A DNA stretch of 64,000 nt, taken from contig DUZS01000004.1 in the NCBI GenBank assembly GCA_013349405.1, positions 94,726 through 158,725 of the forward strand, read 5' to 3'. The notes beneath the pieces were generated by a model. The model was not told the DNA's origin and did not search any database. It worked only from the letters and a program-made list of their open reading frames with translations. The stretch is from Desulfuromonadales bacterium. Lineage in GTDB: Bacteria > Desulfobacterota > Desulfuromonadia > Geobacterales > Pseudopelobacteraceae. Shown here piece by piece: positions 17,660-25,238 of this stretch; within the stretch, counting starts at the first letter, position 1; each line of letters opens with the position of its first letter. Both the position numbers and the translations under genes were made by a program.

Positions 17660-19216
17660 ATGTTGACAAAAATCAGTTTTTTACTCCTCAGTTATTCATT
17701 GCTTTTTGCTGCTTCAGTATATGCAGATCCGGACAAAGCGGTGAGACCGGAGGTGACCGAAACCGGGTACAGTTGGCGGCGTGTCAAATATGCGGAAAAC
17801 AACGTCTTTACCTCAGAGAATCCGCCCGATGCACCGAAGCCGGCCGCCATTGCTCCGGAGAGAGTCACTCCCTGGGAGCAGATGCCGAATAAAAGCTATC
17901 TCATTCCTGCTCTCGAGATTCCGGGGTTTCTTGCTCTGCTTAACATCTACGACAGGTATGCCTATCCGGACCAGTTGCAGGACGGAAAAAAGGTGTACAG
18001 CTCTACCTTCTCCAGCACCTGGGAGCACCTGAGAAAACAAAACTGGGTCTTCGACCAGGACCCTTTTAACGTAAATCAGTTCGGACATCCCTATCAGGGA
18101 GCGACAATGTACGGACTGGCCCGTTCCGCCAACCTCGGTTTCTGGGAGTCGGCCGCCTACAGCAACGCAGGCAGCTTTTTGTGGAAGATGGCCGGAGAAA
18201 CCGATCCTCCATCCATCAATGATCAGATCACGACCGGCACCGCAGGAAGCCTTCTCGGTGAGGCGCTGTTTCGTATGGCAGAGCTTGTGCTCAACGATGG
18301 CGGCTCTCATCCCGACCTCTGGCACGAAGCAGGCGCGGCAGTAATATCGCCACCAACTGCTTTCAACCGCATGGCTTTTGGCGATCGCTACAAGGCAAAA
18401 TTCCCCAGCCTTAACCCGGCGACCTTCTGGCGGTTTCAACTCGGCGCCAGCGAAAGCAACAGTTCGAAAAATAACGCAATCATTGACTTCGGCATGTCTT
18501 ACGGGCTACCTGGTAAGCCTGGGTATACCTACACCCGTCCTCTTGACTATTTTGATTTCGAGTTAAGCGGACAGACGAGAGCGGACAACCCCGTTGAAAA
18601 CATTATGCTGCGTGGCCTGCTGTACGGTAAGGATTATCGCGCCGGCGAAAAATATCGTGGCATCTGGGGCCTCTACGGGAGCTTCGACTATCTGTCTCCC
18701 TCCGCTTTTCGTGTTTCTACCACCGCCCTTTCACTTGGCACAACTGGGCAATACTGGCTAGCTCCCGGCGTGGCACTGCAGGGTTCACTGCTGGGAGGTG
18801 TCGGTTTCGGCGCTGCCGGAACAACGCCGAATGAATTCGGCGAAAGAGATTACCACTACGGAGTTGCCCCGCAGGGCCTACTTGCACTGCGTCTGCTCTT
18901 CGGTAATCGAGCAGCGCTTGAAGTGGTCGGCCGTGGCTATTATGTCAACGGCACGGGTCACTTCACCACTGTCGGCAGCACTGCATACGATAACGCAGGG
19001 GGGGCGGAAAAGATTGTCCGGGTCAAGACGGCCTTCAACATCAGAGTCTATGGTCGCCATGGCCTGGGGCTCCAGTTTGTCGAGTCTATCCGTGATTCGC
19101 AATATGCCAACCAACCGAGCAGGCATCAGAGTGAAGGAGTGACAAGCCTTGTCTATACATTTACCGGAGACTCGTTTTTCGGTGCTGTCGAATGGCGCGA
19201 TAATGTCAATCGGTAA
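17660..19216 (+). CDS. secreted or outer-membrane protein, possibly DUF3943 family
   Basis: Signal peptide ending SVYA. NWVFDQDPFNVNQFGHPYQGATMYGLARS. The C-terminal half is Gly/aromatic-rich and beta-barrel-like. The family name is recalled from memory only. Confidence 0.5.
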   Translation: MLTKISFLLLSYSLLFAASVYADPDKAVRPEVTETGYSWRRVKYAENNVFTSENPPDAPKPAAIAPERVTPWEQMPNKSYLIPALEIPGFLALLNIYDRYAYPDQLQDGKKVYSSTFSSTWEHLRKQNWVFDQDPFNVNQFGHPYQGATMYGLARSANLGFWESAAYSNAGSFLWKMAGETDPPSINDQITTGTAGSLLGEALFRMAELVLNDGGSHPDLWHEAGAAVISPPTAFNRMAFGDRYKAKFPSLNPATFWRFQLGASESNSSKNNAIIDFGMSYGLPGKPGYTYTRPLDYFDFELSGQTRADNPVENIMLRGLLYGKDYRAGEKYRGIWGLYGSFDYLSPSAFRVSTTALSLGTTGQYWLAPGVALQGSLLGGVGFGAAGTTPNEFGERDYHYGVAPQGLLALRLLFGNRAALEVVGRGYYVNGTGHFTTVGSTAYDNAGGAEKIVRVKTAFNIRVYGRHGLGLQFVESIRDSQYANQPSRHQSEGVTSLVYTFTGDSFFGAVEWRDNVNR

Positions 19217-19240
19217 TTTGCTTTTAAAAGGAGATTCAAC

Positions 19241-19456
19241 ATGAAGAAAATTGCTTGGAATAGTATTGCAGCAGTGGTTTTAGGCGTCCTGATTATCGGA
19301 GTGAGCGGCTGCAAGAAAGAGGGACCGATGGAGAGAACCGGCCAGAAAATTGATGAGGCTGTGGAAAAAACCGGTCAGCAGATTGATAAGGGAATCAAAA
19401 AGAGCGGAGAGAATATCGAAAAGGCAGGGGATAAAATCAAGGACTCGGTAAAATGA
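19241..19456 (+). CDS. small lipoprotein with K/E/G-rich repeats (71 aa)
   Basis: Lipobox GVSGC. Repeats TGQKIDEAVEKTGQQIDKGIKKSGENIEKAGDKIKD. GGAGA lies upstream. Confidence 0.7.
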   Translation: MKKIAWNSIAAVVLGVLIIGVSGCKKEGPMERTGQKIDEAVEKTGQQIDKGIKKSGENIEKAGDKIKDSVK

Positions 19457-19570
19457 AAGGGTAATACCAAAGCGCAATCAACTGGTCACAAGGGGTGCCC
19501 CTTACGGGTACTACATCGGTGGATAGCCCGTTCATCATGGCAAATCCGTTTCAGTAGAAAACCTGTCCAC

Positions 19571-19586
19571 TGGCATGCTCATTGCG
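19571..19586 (+). promoter_or_regulatory. sigma-54 -24/-12 promoter candidate (usp-ATPase-GGDEF)
   Basis: TGGCAT-GCTCA-TTGCG. Confidence 0.7.
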
Positions 19587-19659
19587 AACACCTTCTGAAT
19601 GCGACATGCCACCTGTGCCAATTACCATCGGGCTGATGACTGGAAATGGGGGAAGGGAT

Positions 19660-19710
19660 ATGAAAAAGTCATGGAGTGACCGGAATGCCTGGTTCCGGTG
19701 GCAGAAATGA
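19660..19710 (+). CDS. 16-codon Trp-rich uORF (MKKSWSDRNAWFRWQK) coupled to usp
   Basis: GAAGGGA lies upstream. Its TGA overlaps the usp ATG (ATGA at 19707-19710). Confidence 0.3.
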   Translation: MKKSWSDRNAWFRWQK

Positions 19711-20501
19711 GCTACCGCACAATAGTTACTGTCGTTAACGAACACACGATATCCATGGTGATAGCCCGCTATGCCATCGCACTGGCGGCAGCCGGCAAGA
19801 CTAATCTGGTATTGTATGCCGTCGATGACGATGGCAGTGACCAGACCGTACTGCAACGGAGTGCTCGCCATCAGGATCACCTCTACTCGGTCGCTTCTGA
19901 ACTTGGCATCTCCGTGACGCGAATACGTGAAGTCGGCAAGATCGCTACGCTGCTGCCAAAGCGGGTAGTGCTCGAAAAAGCCGATCTCGTGTTTTATCCG
20001 CTGACGCCGTATAAACGCTTCGGCGCTGACCGGCAGCGGCTTCTGCTTCACACCCTGCTGCAGTCAATCAGGACTGATCTGGCCATCATGCGTGTCGTCA
20101 CCCTGGCCAGGCCGCACCCGGGGCATATACTGGTGCCGCTTGGGAAGAACATCAGCGGTAAGGAGCACCGACTGTTGTTTATCAGCGAGTTGGCCTCCTG
20201 TTTCCACGCAGAGATCACGCTGCTTCATCTGTTTGCAGAGCGTGACAAGCCAACCATGCCTGACGAGATCCACCAGTTTCGCAAGCTGCTCGAACAGCGG
20301 CACATTTCGGTACATGAGCGAAGCGGGCAGGGACAGATCGGCAGAGCCATCACCGTGGAAGCGGTCACCCGTCAGAATGACCTGGTCGTGCTCGGTGCCA
20401 GCGGGCGCGGAGTAGTGCGGAGACTGTTCTTCGGCAATCCCGCCGGTGATGTCATGCAGCAGCCACCCTGTAACACGATCCTGTTCCAGGCTGCTCACTG
20501 A
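19707..20501 (+). CDS. tandem universal stress protein (UspA family)
   Basis: Two Usp halves. The C-terminal motif is DLVVLGASGRGVVRRLFFGNPAGDVMQQPPCNTILF. Confidence 0.8.
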   Translation: MSYRTIVTVVNEHTISMVIARYAIALAAAGKTNLVLYAVDDDGSDQTVLQRSARHQDHLYSVASELGISVTRIREVGKIATLLPKRVVLEKADLVFYPLTPYKRFGADRQRLLLHTLLQSIRTDLAIMRVVTLARPHPGHILVPLGKNISGKEHRLLFISELASCFHAEITLLHLFAERDKPTMPDEIHQFRKLLEQRHISVHERSGQGQIGRAITVEAVTRQNDLVVLGASGRGVVRRLFFGNPAGDVMQQPPCNTILFQAAH

Positions 20502-20507
20502 ACCGTC

Positions 20508-23123
20508 ATGAAAATTCAAACACTCTCCCATGATGAAGTATTCACAAGTCTGCTGAGTTCCCCCCGGGGACTCACTACGGAAGAGGCGACGCACAGACGC
20601 GGCGAGTATGGATCCAACGAGATCCGCGAGTCACGGGGCCGCCCCATGATTCTGCGCCTGGCGTCCCAATTTACCCACTTTCTGGCCCTGCTGCTCTGGT
20701 TCGCCGCCGCCCTCTGTTTCCTCTCCGAATATCTGCACCCCGGTGAAGGACTGCTGCGTCTCGGTTGGGCAATCCTGGCCGTTATCTTCATAAACGCCAC
20801 CTTCACGTTCATCCAGGAGTACCGCACCGAAAAGGCTATCGAGGAGCTCCGCAAGATGCTCCCCTTCAGAGTGGCCGTCATCAGGAACGGGGTCGAAGTT
20901 GAGCTTGATGCCGCTGATATTGTACCGGGAGATCTGGTGCTGCTGAAAGAAGGGGACAAAGTACCGGCCGATGCGCGCGTCATACTGACCAATCGACTGA
21001 CGGTCAATAACGCGCCTCTGACCGGCGAATCCGACTCCCGTATGCTCACTGACGCCCCCTGCGAAACGGAACTGCTGGACAGCTCGAACCTGGTGTTTGC
21101 CGGCACTCTCGTCGTAAGCGGGAGCGGACAGGCTGTTGTCTATGCCAGCGGCATGGCTACGGAGTTCGGTAAGATCGCCCGGATAACCGGCACGGTGGAG
21201 CAGGAGGTCAGTCCGCTTCATCTGGAAATCACCCGGGTCAGCCGGATTGTTGCCATCATAGCCGTGGCGTGCGGCGCCGGCTTTTTTCTGGTCGGTGTTC
21301 TGGTGGGGCGCGGTTTTTGGGATAATTTTCTGTTTGCCATCGGTATTATCATCGCTACCGTGCCGGAAGGGCTGTTGCCGACCGTGACCCTGTCACTGGC
21401 TATGGGGAGCAAGCGCATGGCCCGCCGCAATGCCCTCGTGAAAAACCTCAACGCCGTGCAGGCTCTCGGTTCGGTTGACCTGATCTGTACCGACAAGACC
21501 GGTACGCTTACGCAGAACCTGATGACGGTGAAAACGTTCTGGAGCCCCGCTGATAAAGGCACCATGGCATATACGGTCGCCCAGCTCTGCAGCAATGTCA
21601 CCGTGACGCCGGAGGGCGTCAAGGGTGATCCGACCGAGACGGCGCTCTACAATTATGCGGTCATGCAGGGAGTCGTGACTGGTGAACGGCTGGGTGAAAA
21701 CCCCTTTGATGCCGACCGGAAACGGATGGCCACCCTGCACCGCATCGACGGTAAGCTTTTTGTCCTGGTCAAAGGGGCCGGTGAAAGCGTCATTCCGCTC
21801 TGCACAGCACCGGACAAGCCCGATTCAAAGGACTCTACGACCGACAGCAGCAGCGCTGGACTCCTGGCGAGATTGCAGGCAATGGCCTCTGAGGGTCTTC
21901 GTGTGATCGCACTGGCCTATCGGGAACTCGACTCGGCTCCGAGCGGAGATATCCCTGAAGAGGGGCTGGTTTTTGCCGGATTCATGGGACTGCTCGACCC
22001 ACCCCGTCCCGAAGTGCCGCAGGCCCTCAAGGATTGTCACAGCGCCGGTATCAGGGTGATCATGATTACCGGTGATGCCGGACCCACAGCAGCAGCCATC
22101 GCCAGGGATATCGGCCTGATAACCGGAGATCCGGTGGTCATTGAAGGGCGTGCCTGCGTCGCTATGCCGGACGAACAGTTGCGGGAAGAACTGAAAAAAG
22201 AGAACCTGATCTTCGCCCGCATGTCGCCCCAGAACAAGATGCGGGTTGTCACTCTGCTGATCGAAGAGGGGCACCGGGTAGCGGTGACCGGAGATGGCGT
22301 CAATGATGCGCCGGCCCTGAAAAAGGCGCATGTCGGTATTGCGATGGGGCTGACCGGAACCAGTGTTGCCCGCGAGGCCGCCGATATCGTACTGCTGGAT
22401 GACAACTTCGCCTCTATTGTCAATGCCATTGAGGAAGGGCGCGCCGTCTTCGAGAACATCCGGAACTTCATAACCTACATCTTCGCTTCCAATATACCGG
22501 AACTGATCCCCTACATCGGCTACATCCTGTTCGGTATCCCGCTGCCGCTGACCATCATGCAGATTCTGGCGGTGGACCTCGGGACCGACATGCTGCCGGC
22601 TCTGGCCCTTGGCGCGGAGAAACCATCGCCGGACATCATGCAGCGGCCACCCCGGCCAAAAGACGAGCATCTGCTCACCAGAGGGGTTCTCTTGAGGGCC
22701 TATCTCTATCTCGGGTTATGGGAGGCATGTGCCGGCATGAGCGCCTATTTCTTTGTCCTGCATCAGGGCGGCTGGAGTTGGTCTCAGACGCTGGCGCCTG
22801 CCTCAACGCTTTACCTGCAGGCGACCACCGCCTGTCTGGCCGGCATAATCGCAACGCAGATTGCCAACGTCTTTGCCTGCCGCTCACCGAATGTTTCCAT
22901 TCTGACTCTGGGGATTTTTTCAAACCGGCTGGTACTGGCAGGCATCGCTACCGAAGTGCTTCTGGCGGCGCTGATCATCTACACGCCGCTCGGCAACTCA
23001 CTGTTCGTCTGCGCTCCGATCGGTATCAACGTCTGGCTGCTGCTGATCCCGTTTGCCCTGCTGCTGCTGGTATTTGATGAAACACGGAAGTATTTTGTCA
23101 GGCGTGTGGTTATGCGGGCGTAG
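20508..23123 (+). CDS. cation-transporting P-type ATPase (P2-type, Ca2+/Mg2+-like)
   Basis: DKTGTLT, TGDGVNDAPALKKA, PEGLLPTVT, and about 10 TM segments. Confidence 0.9.
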   Translation: MKIQTLSHDEVFTSLLSSPRGLTTEEATHRRGEYGSNEIRESRGRPMILRLASQFTHFLALLLWFAAALCFLSEYLHPGEGLLRLGWAILAVIFINATFTFIQEYRTEKAIEELRKMLPFRVAVIRNGVEVELDAADIVPGDLVLLKEGDKVPADARVILTNRLTVNNAPLTGESDSRMLTDAPCETELLDSSNLVFAGTLVVSGSGQAVVYASGMATEFGKIARITGTVEQEVSPLHLEITRVSRIVAIIAVACGAGFFLVGVLVGRGFWDNFLFAIGIIIATVPEGLLPTVTLSLAMGSKRMARRNALVKNLNAVQALGSVDLICTDKTGTLTQNLMTVKTFWSPADKGTMAYTVAQLCSNVTVTPEGVKGDPTETALYNYAVMQGVVTGERLGENPFDADRKRMATLHRIDGKLFVLVKGAGESVIPLCTAPDKPDSKDSTTDSSSAGLLARLQAMASEGLRVIALAYRELDSAPSGDIPEEGLVFAGFMGLLDPPRPEVPQALKDCHSAGIRVIMITGDAGPTAAAIARDIGLITGDPVVIEGRACVAMPDEQLREELKKENLIFARMSPQNKMRVVTLLIEEGHRVAVTGDGVNDAPALKKAHVGIAMGLTGTSVAREAADIVLLDDNFASIVNAIEEGRAVFENIRNFITYIFASNIPELIPYIGYILFGIPLPLTIMQILAVDLGTDMLPALALGAEKPSPDIMQRPPRPKDEHLLTRGVLLRAYLYLGLWEACAGMSAYFFVLHQGGWSWSQTLAPASTLYLQATTACLAGIIATQIANVFACRSPNVSILTLGIFSNRLVLAGIATEVLLAALIIYTPLGNSLFVCAPIGINVWLLLIPFALLLLVFDETRKYFVRRVVMRA

Positions 23124-23148
23124 AGATGGATATTTAAGGAGGTGGTGC

Positions 23149-24021
23149 ATGAAGCTGGTCGATTCGCTCGCCAAGTTGCCTCATTCCCTTGTTACGGCGC
23201 TGGCGTTGTTTCTCTGTATTGCTGTGGGAGTGGTTGACGGGGTAGTCGGACACGTCTACTCGCTGGTGCCGTTCTATCTTGTTCCTGTCGTTCTGGCAGC
23301 CTGGTGCGTCGGGAGGAAAACCGGCTATCTGCTCTCCTTTATCTGCTCTCTGGGATGGTTATCGGCTGAATTAGCAGCCGGGCTGTTCTTGAAAGCCGAT
23401 TTTGCCATGTACTGGAATGACGCAATGAAGCTTTTGCTCTTTGTCCTGACGACCACGGTTATCTCCGCGCTTAAAGAGGCACTTGAGAGGGAAAATGTAT
23501 TAGCCCGGACAGATCATCTTACCGGTATTCCCAACAGACGCAGTTATTATGAGTCAGTCTCCGGAGAGATTCGGCGCAACCTCCGCTATTATGATCCCTT
23601 CACAATCGTATATCTCGACATTGATAACTTCAAAAATGTCAATGATACCAGGGGGCATGCCGGGGGAGATACGCTGTTAAAGCTCGTAGCTTCAGTCCTT
23701 GCAAAATCAGTCCGCGAAATCGATACGGTCGCTCGTCTGGGGGGTGATGAGTTTGCACTGCTACTCCCTGAAACCGATGGTGATGCTGCTGATATAGTGG
23801 CAACCAAGGTACGGCAGCGCCTTAAAATGAACGTGGAAAACCACTGGCCGGTGACCTTCAGCATGGGTCTGGTAACCTATCATAAAGCCCCGGCTACCAT
23901 CGATAAAGTAATCGGATATGCCGACCGCCTCATGTTTAAAGCGAAAGAGGGGGGTAAAGATGCCATCTGCTGCGAAGTGGTAGGGGAAATGGATAACGAC
24001 AAAGCCCCACAAGATTTCTGA
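23149..24021 (+). CDS. membrane-bound diguanylate cyclase (GGDEF, with RxxD I-site)
   Basis: AAGGAGG lies upstream of ATG 23149. N-terminal TM segments. FKNVNDTRGHAGGD, REID-x5-GGDEF. Confidence 0.85.
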   Translation: MKLVDSLAKLPHSLVTALALFLCIAVGVVDGVVGHVYSLVPFYLVPVVLAAWCVGRKTGYLLSFICSLGWLSAELAAGLFLKADFAMYWNDAMKLLLFVLTTTVISALKEALERENVLARTDHLTGIPNRRSYYESVSGEIRRNLRYYDPFTIVYLDIDNFKNVNDTRGHAGGDTLLKLVASVLAKSVREIDTVARLGGDEFALLLPETDGDAADIVATKVRQRLKMNVENHWPVTFSMGLVTYHKAPATIDKVIGYADRLMFKAKEGGKDAICCEVVGEMDNDKAPQDF

Positions 24022-24029
24022 GGGGCTTT
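24001..24029 (+). terminator. hairpin spanning the stop codon (weak terminator candidate)
   Basis: AAAGCCCC-N13-GGGGCTTT followed by GTCGTT. The U-tract is poor. Confidence 0.35.
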
Positions 24030-24141
24030 GTCGTTACTCTACGAATGGCTGCATTAGCCTATTTCATCCCATAACCATATAAGAATCATTTCGATCATTG
24101 TCATAACGTGTTCCTCTTTCAGGATAGTACGGTTTGTGCTG

Positions 24142-24186
24142 TTTTAAAAGACCAGGGGCCCATGGGAGGGGAAGCAGCCCCTGGTC
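24142..24186 (-). terminator. repeat hairpin copy C acting as the terminator of the pal-like gene
   Basis: Minus-strand RNA reads GACCAGGGGC-UGCUUCCCCUCCCAUGG-GCCCCUGGUC followed by UUUU. It starts about 10 nt after the stop. Confidence 0.7.
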
Positions 24187-24194
24187 AGCCGCCA

Positions 24195-24797
24195 TCAGGG
24201 TGTTGCAATAATAAATTCAGCGCGACGATTATTAGCCCACGCCGTCTCATCATTTCCGCCCGCAGACGGTTTTTCTTTCCCGTAACTGATTGTTGACAGG
24301 CGGTCACTGTCGACACCCATGGCTACCAGATAGTGCTGTGCGGCTATTGCGCGACGTTCACCGAGCGCAAGGTTGTATTCTGCCGAACCTCTCTCGTCGC
24401 AGTTACCTTCAATCCGGATATTGACGGTGGATTTATCGGTAAGCATTTCGGCATTTTTGGCCAATGTAGCGCGGGCAGATTCGGATAGCCCGGCGGAATC
24501 AAAATTGAAATAAATTTTATTCAAAGCTGCCTGCAGTTTCCTGTTTGCAGCTGTCTGCTGATCAAGTTGCGACGCAAATGAAGAGGACGACGGAGAGACT
24601 TCGCGTGTGTCGACCGGTGTAGATGGCGTCACAGCTGATGCTGACCGGTCCGTTCCGGGCGACTCGGTCTGTCTGACGACAGGCGCGGGAGAAATCCCCT
24701 CGTCCTTTTTAACGACATCAGGTTTTGCGCAACCGGAGGATACGAGGAGAGAAACGAGCAACAGGGACACAACATGATTCGGCACGATTTTCAGCAT
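24195..24797 (-). CDS. peptidoglycan-associated lipoprotein (OmpA-family C-terminal domain, Pal-like)
   Basis: Lipobox LVSSGC. The OmpA_C motif is read as NIRIEGNCDERGSAEYNLALGERRA...NRRAEF. AAGGAG lies upstream of ATG 24797. Confidence 0.85.
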   Translation of the reverse strand: MLKIVPNHVVSLLLVSLLVSSGCAKPDVVKKDEGISPAPVVRQTESPGTDRSASAVTPSTPVDTREVSPSSSSFASQLDQQTAANRKLQAALNKIYFNFDSAGLSESARATLAKNAEMLTDKSTVNIRIEGNCDERGSAEYNLALGERRAIAAQHYLVAMGVDSDRLSTISYGKEKPSAGGNDETAWANNRRAEFIIATP

Positions 24798-24830
24798 GGT
24801 AGAGACTCCTTGACATACGATTGTCTGATT

Positions 24831-24873
24831 TAAAAAAGACCAGGGGCCCATGGGAGGGGAAGCAGCCCCTGGT
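24831..24873 (-). ncRNA. leader hairpin plus U-tract (repeat copy B): attenuator or short sigma-54-dependent RNA candidate
   Basis: Minus-strand RNA reads ACCAGGGGC-UGCUUCCCCUCCCAUGG-GCCCCUGGU followed by CUUUUUU. 34/35 identical to copy A. It lies about 20 nt after the -12 box and about 40 nt before the pal ATG. Confidence 0.5.
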
Positions 24874-24894
24874 AAGTGAAGCTGCTATATACTT

Positions 24895-24911
24895 ATCAAC
24901 AAACGTGCCAG
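24895..24911 (-). promoter_or_regulatory. sigma-54 -24/-12 promoter candidate (pal-like gene)
   Basis: Minus strand reads CTGGCAC-GTTTG-TTGAT. Confidence 0.6.
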
Positions 24912-24937
24912 AGTTATCTCATACCATGTAAAAAACG

Positions 24938-24951
24938 TAATTATCTGATTC
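24938..24951 (-). promoter_or_regulatory. IHF-like site
   Basis: Minus strand reads AATCAG-ATAA-TTA (WATCAR-N4-TTR), at the same offset from the -24 box as 10649-10665. Confidence 0.4.
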
Positions 24952-25007
24952 TGAAAGACAAAATATAATGGCAGTGAGATCGGTGGAGTAATAACCGTTA
25001 ACTTTAC

Positions 25008-25041
25008 CTGTCACTTCTAGCATAACTGTCATATATAGCGG
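25008..25041. promoter_or_regulatory. shared upstream box (candidate enhancer/UAS)
   Basis: CTGTCACTTCTAGCATAACTGTCATATATAGCGG, midway between divergent promoters. Confidence 0.4.
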
Positions 25042-25136
25042 ATAATATTGACGGTTTCCCGCCCGGCCTGAACAGATACTTCCAATTTTAACCATGCATT
25101 CAGATAGTTGCAGCTTTCATAGCAGTCAATCGCCTC

Positions 25137-25152
25137 TGGCACATTAGTTGCC
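25137..25152 (+). promoter_or_regulatory. sigma-54 -24/-12 promoter candidate (NRAMP-cheB-like operon)
   Basis: TGGCAC-ATTAG-TTGCC, identical to the core at 50782-50797. Confidence 0.75.
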
Positions 25153-25207
25153 TTTACGCACGTATCTGCAGATGATTAACACTGACGTTTAACAGCGAGG
25201 TTGCACC

Positions 25208-25234
25208 ATGGAAAAACAGTTCGAAGCAGAATAG
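25208..25234 (+). CDS. 8-codon uORF (MEKQFEAE) ending 4 nt before the NRAMP ATG
   Basis: GAGGT lies 6 nt upstream of its ATG. The main ORF has no SD of its own. Confidence 0.3.
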   Translation: MEKQFEAE

Positions 25235-25238
25235 CCAG

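Noticed and set aside
23149-24021. The GGDEF protein as a Hypr-type cGAMP synthase feeding the riboswitch at 31241.
   Set aside because: The specificity position reads GHAGGD, with Asp as in canonical c-di-GMP cyclases. The Ser reported for Hypr GGDEFs is absent, and a normal RxxD I-site is present.
16151-24911. The repeated 35-nt hairpin copies considered as a CRISPR array or mobile-element ends.
   Set aside because: There are only three or four dispersed copies, kilobases apart, with no regular spacers, no cas genes, and no transposase or target-site duplications. Their positions relative to promoters and stops fit RNA-level elements.
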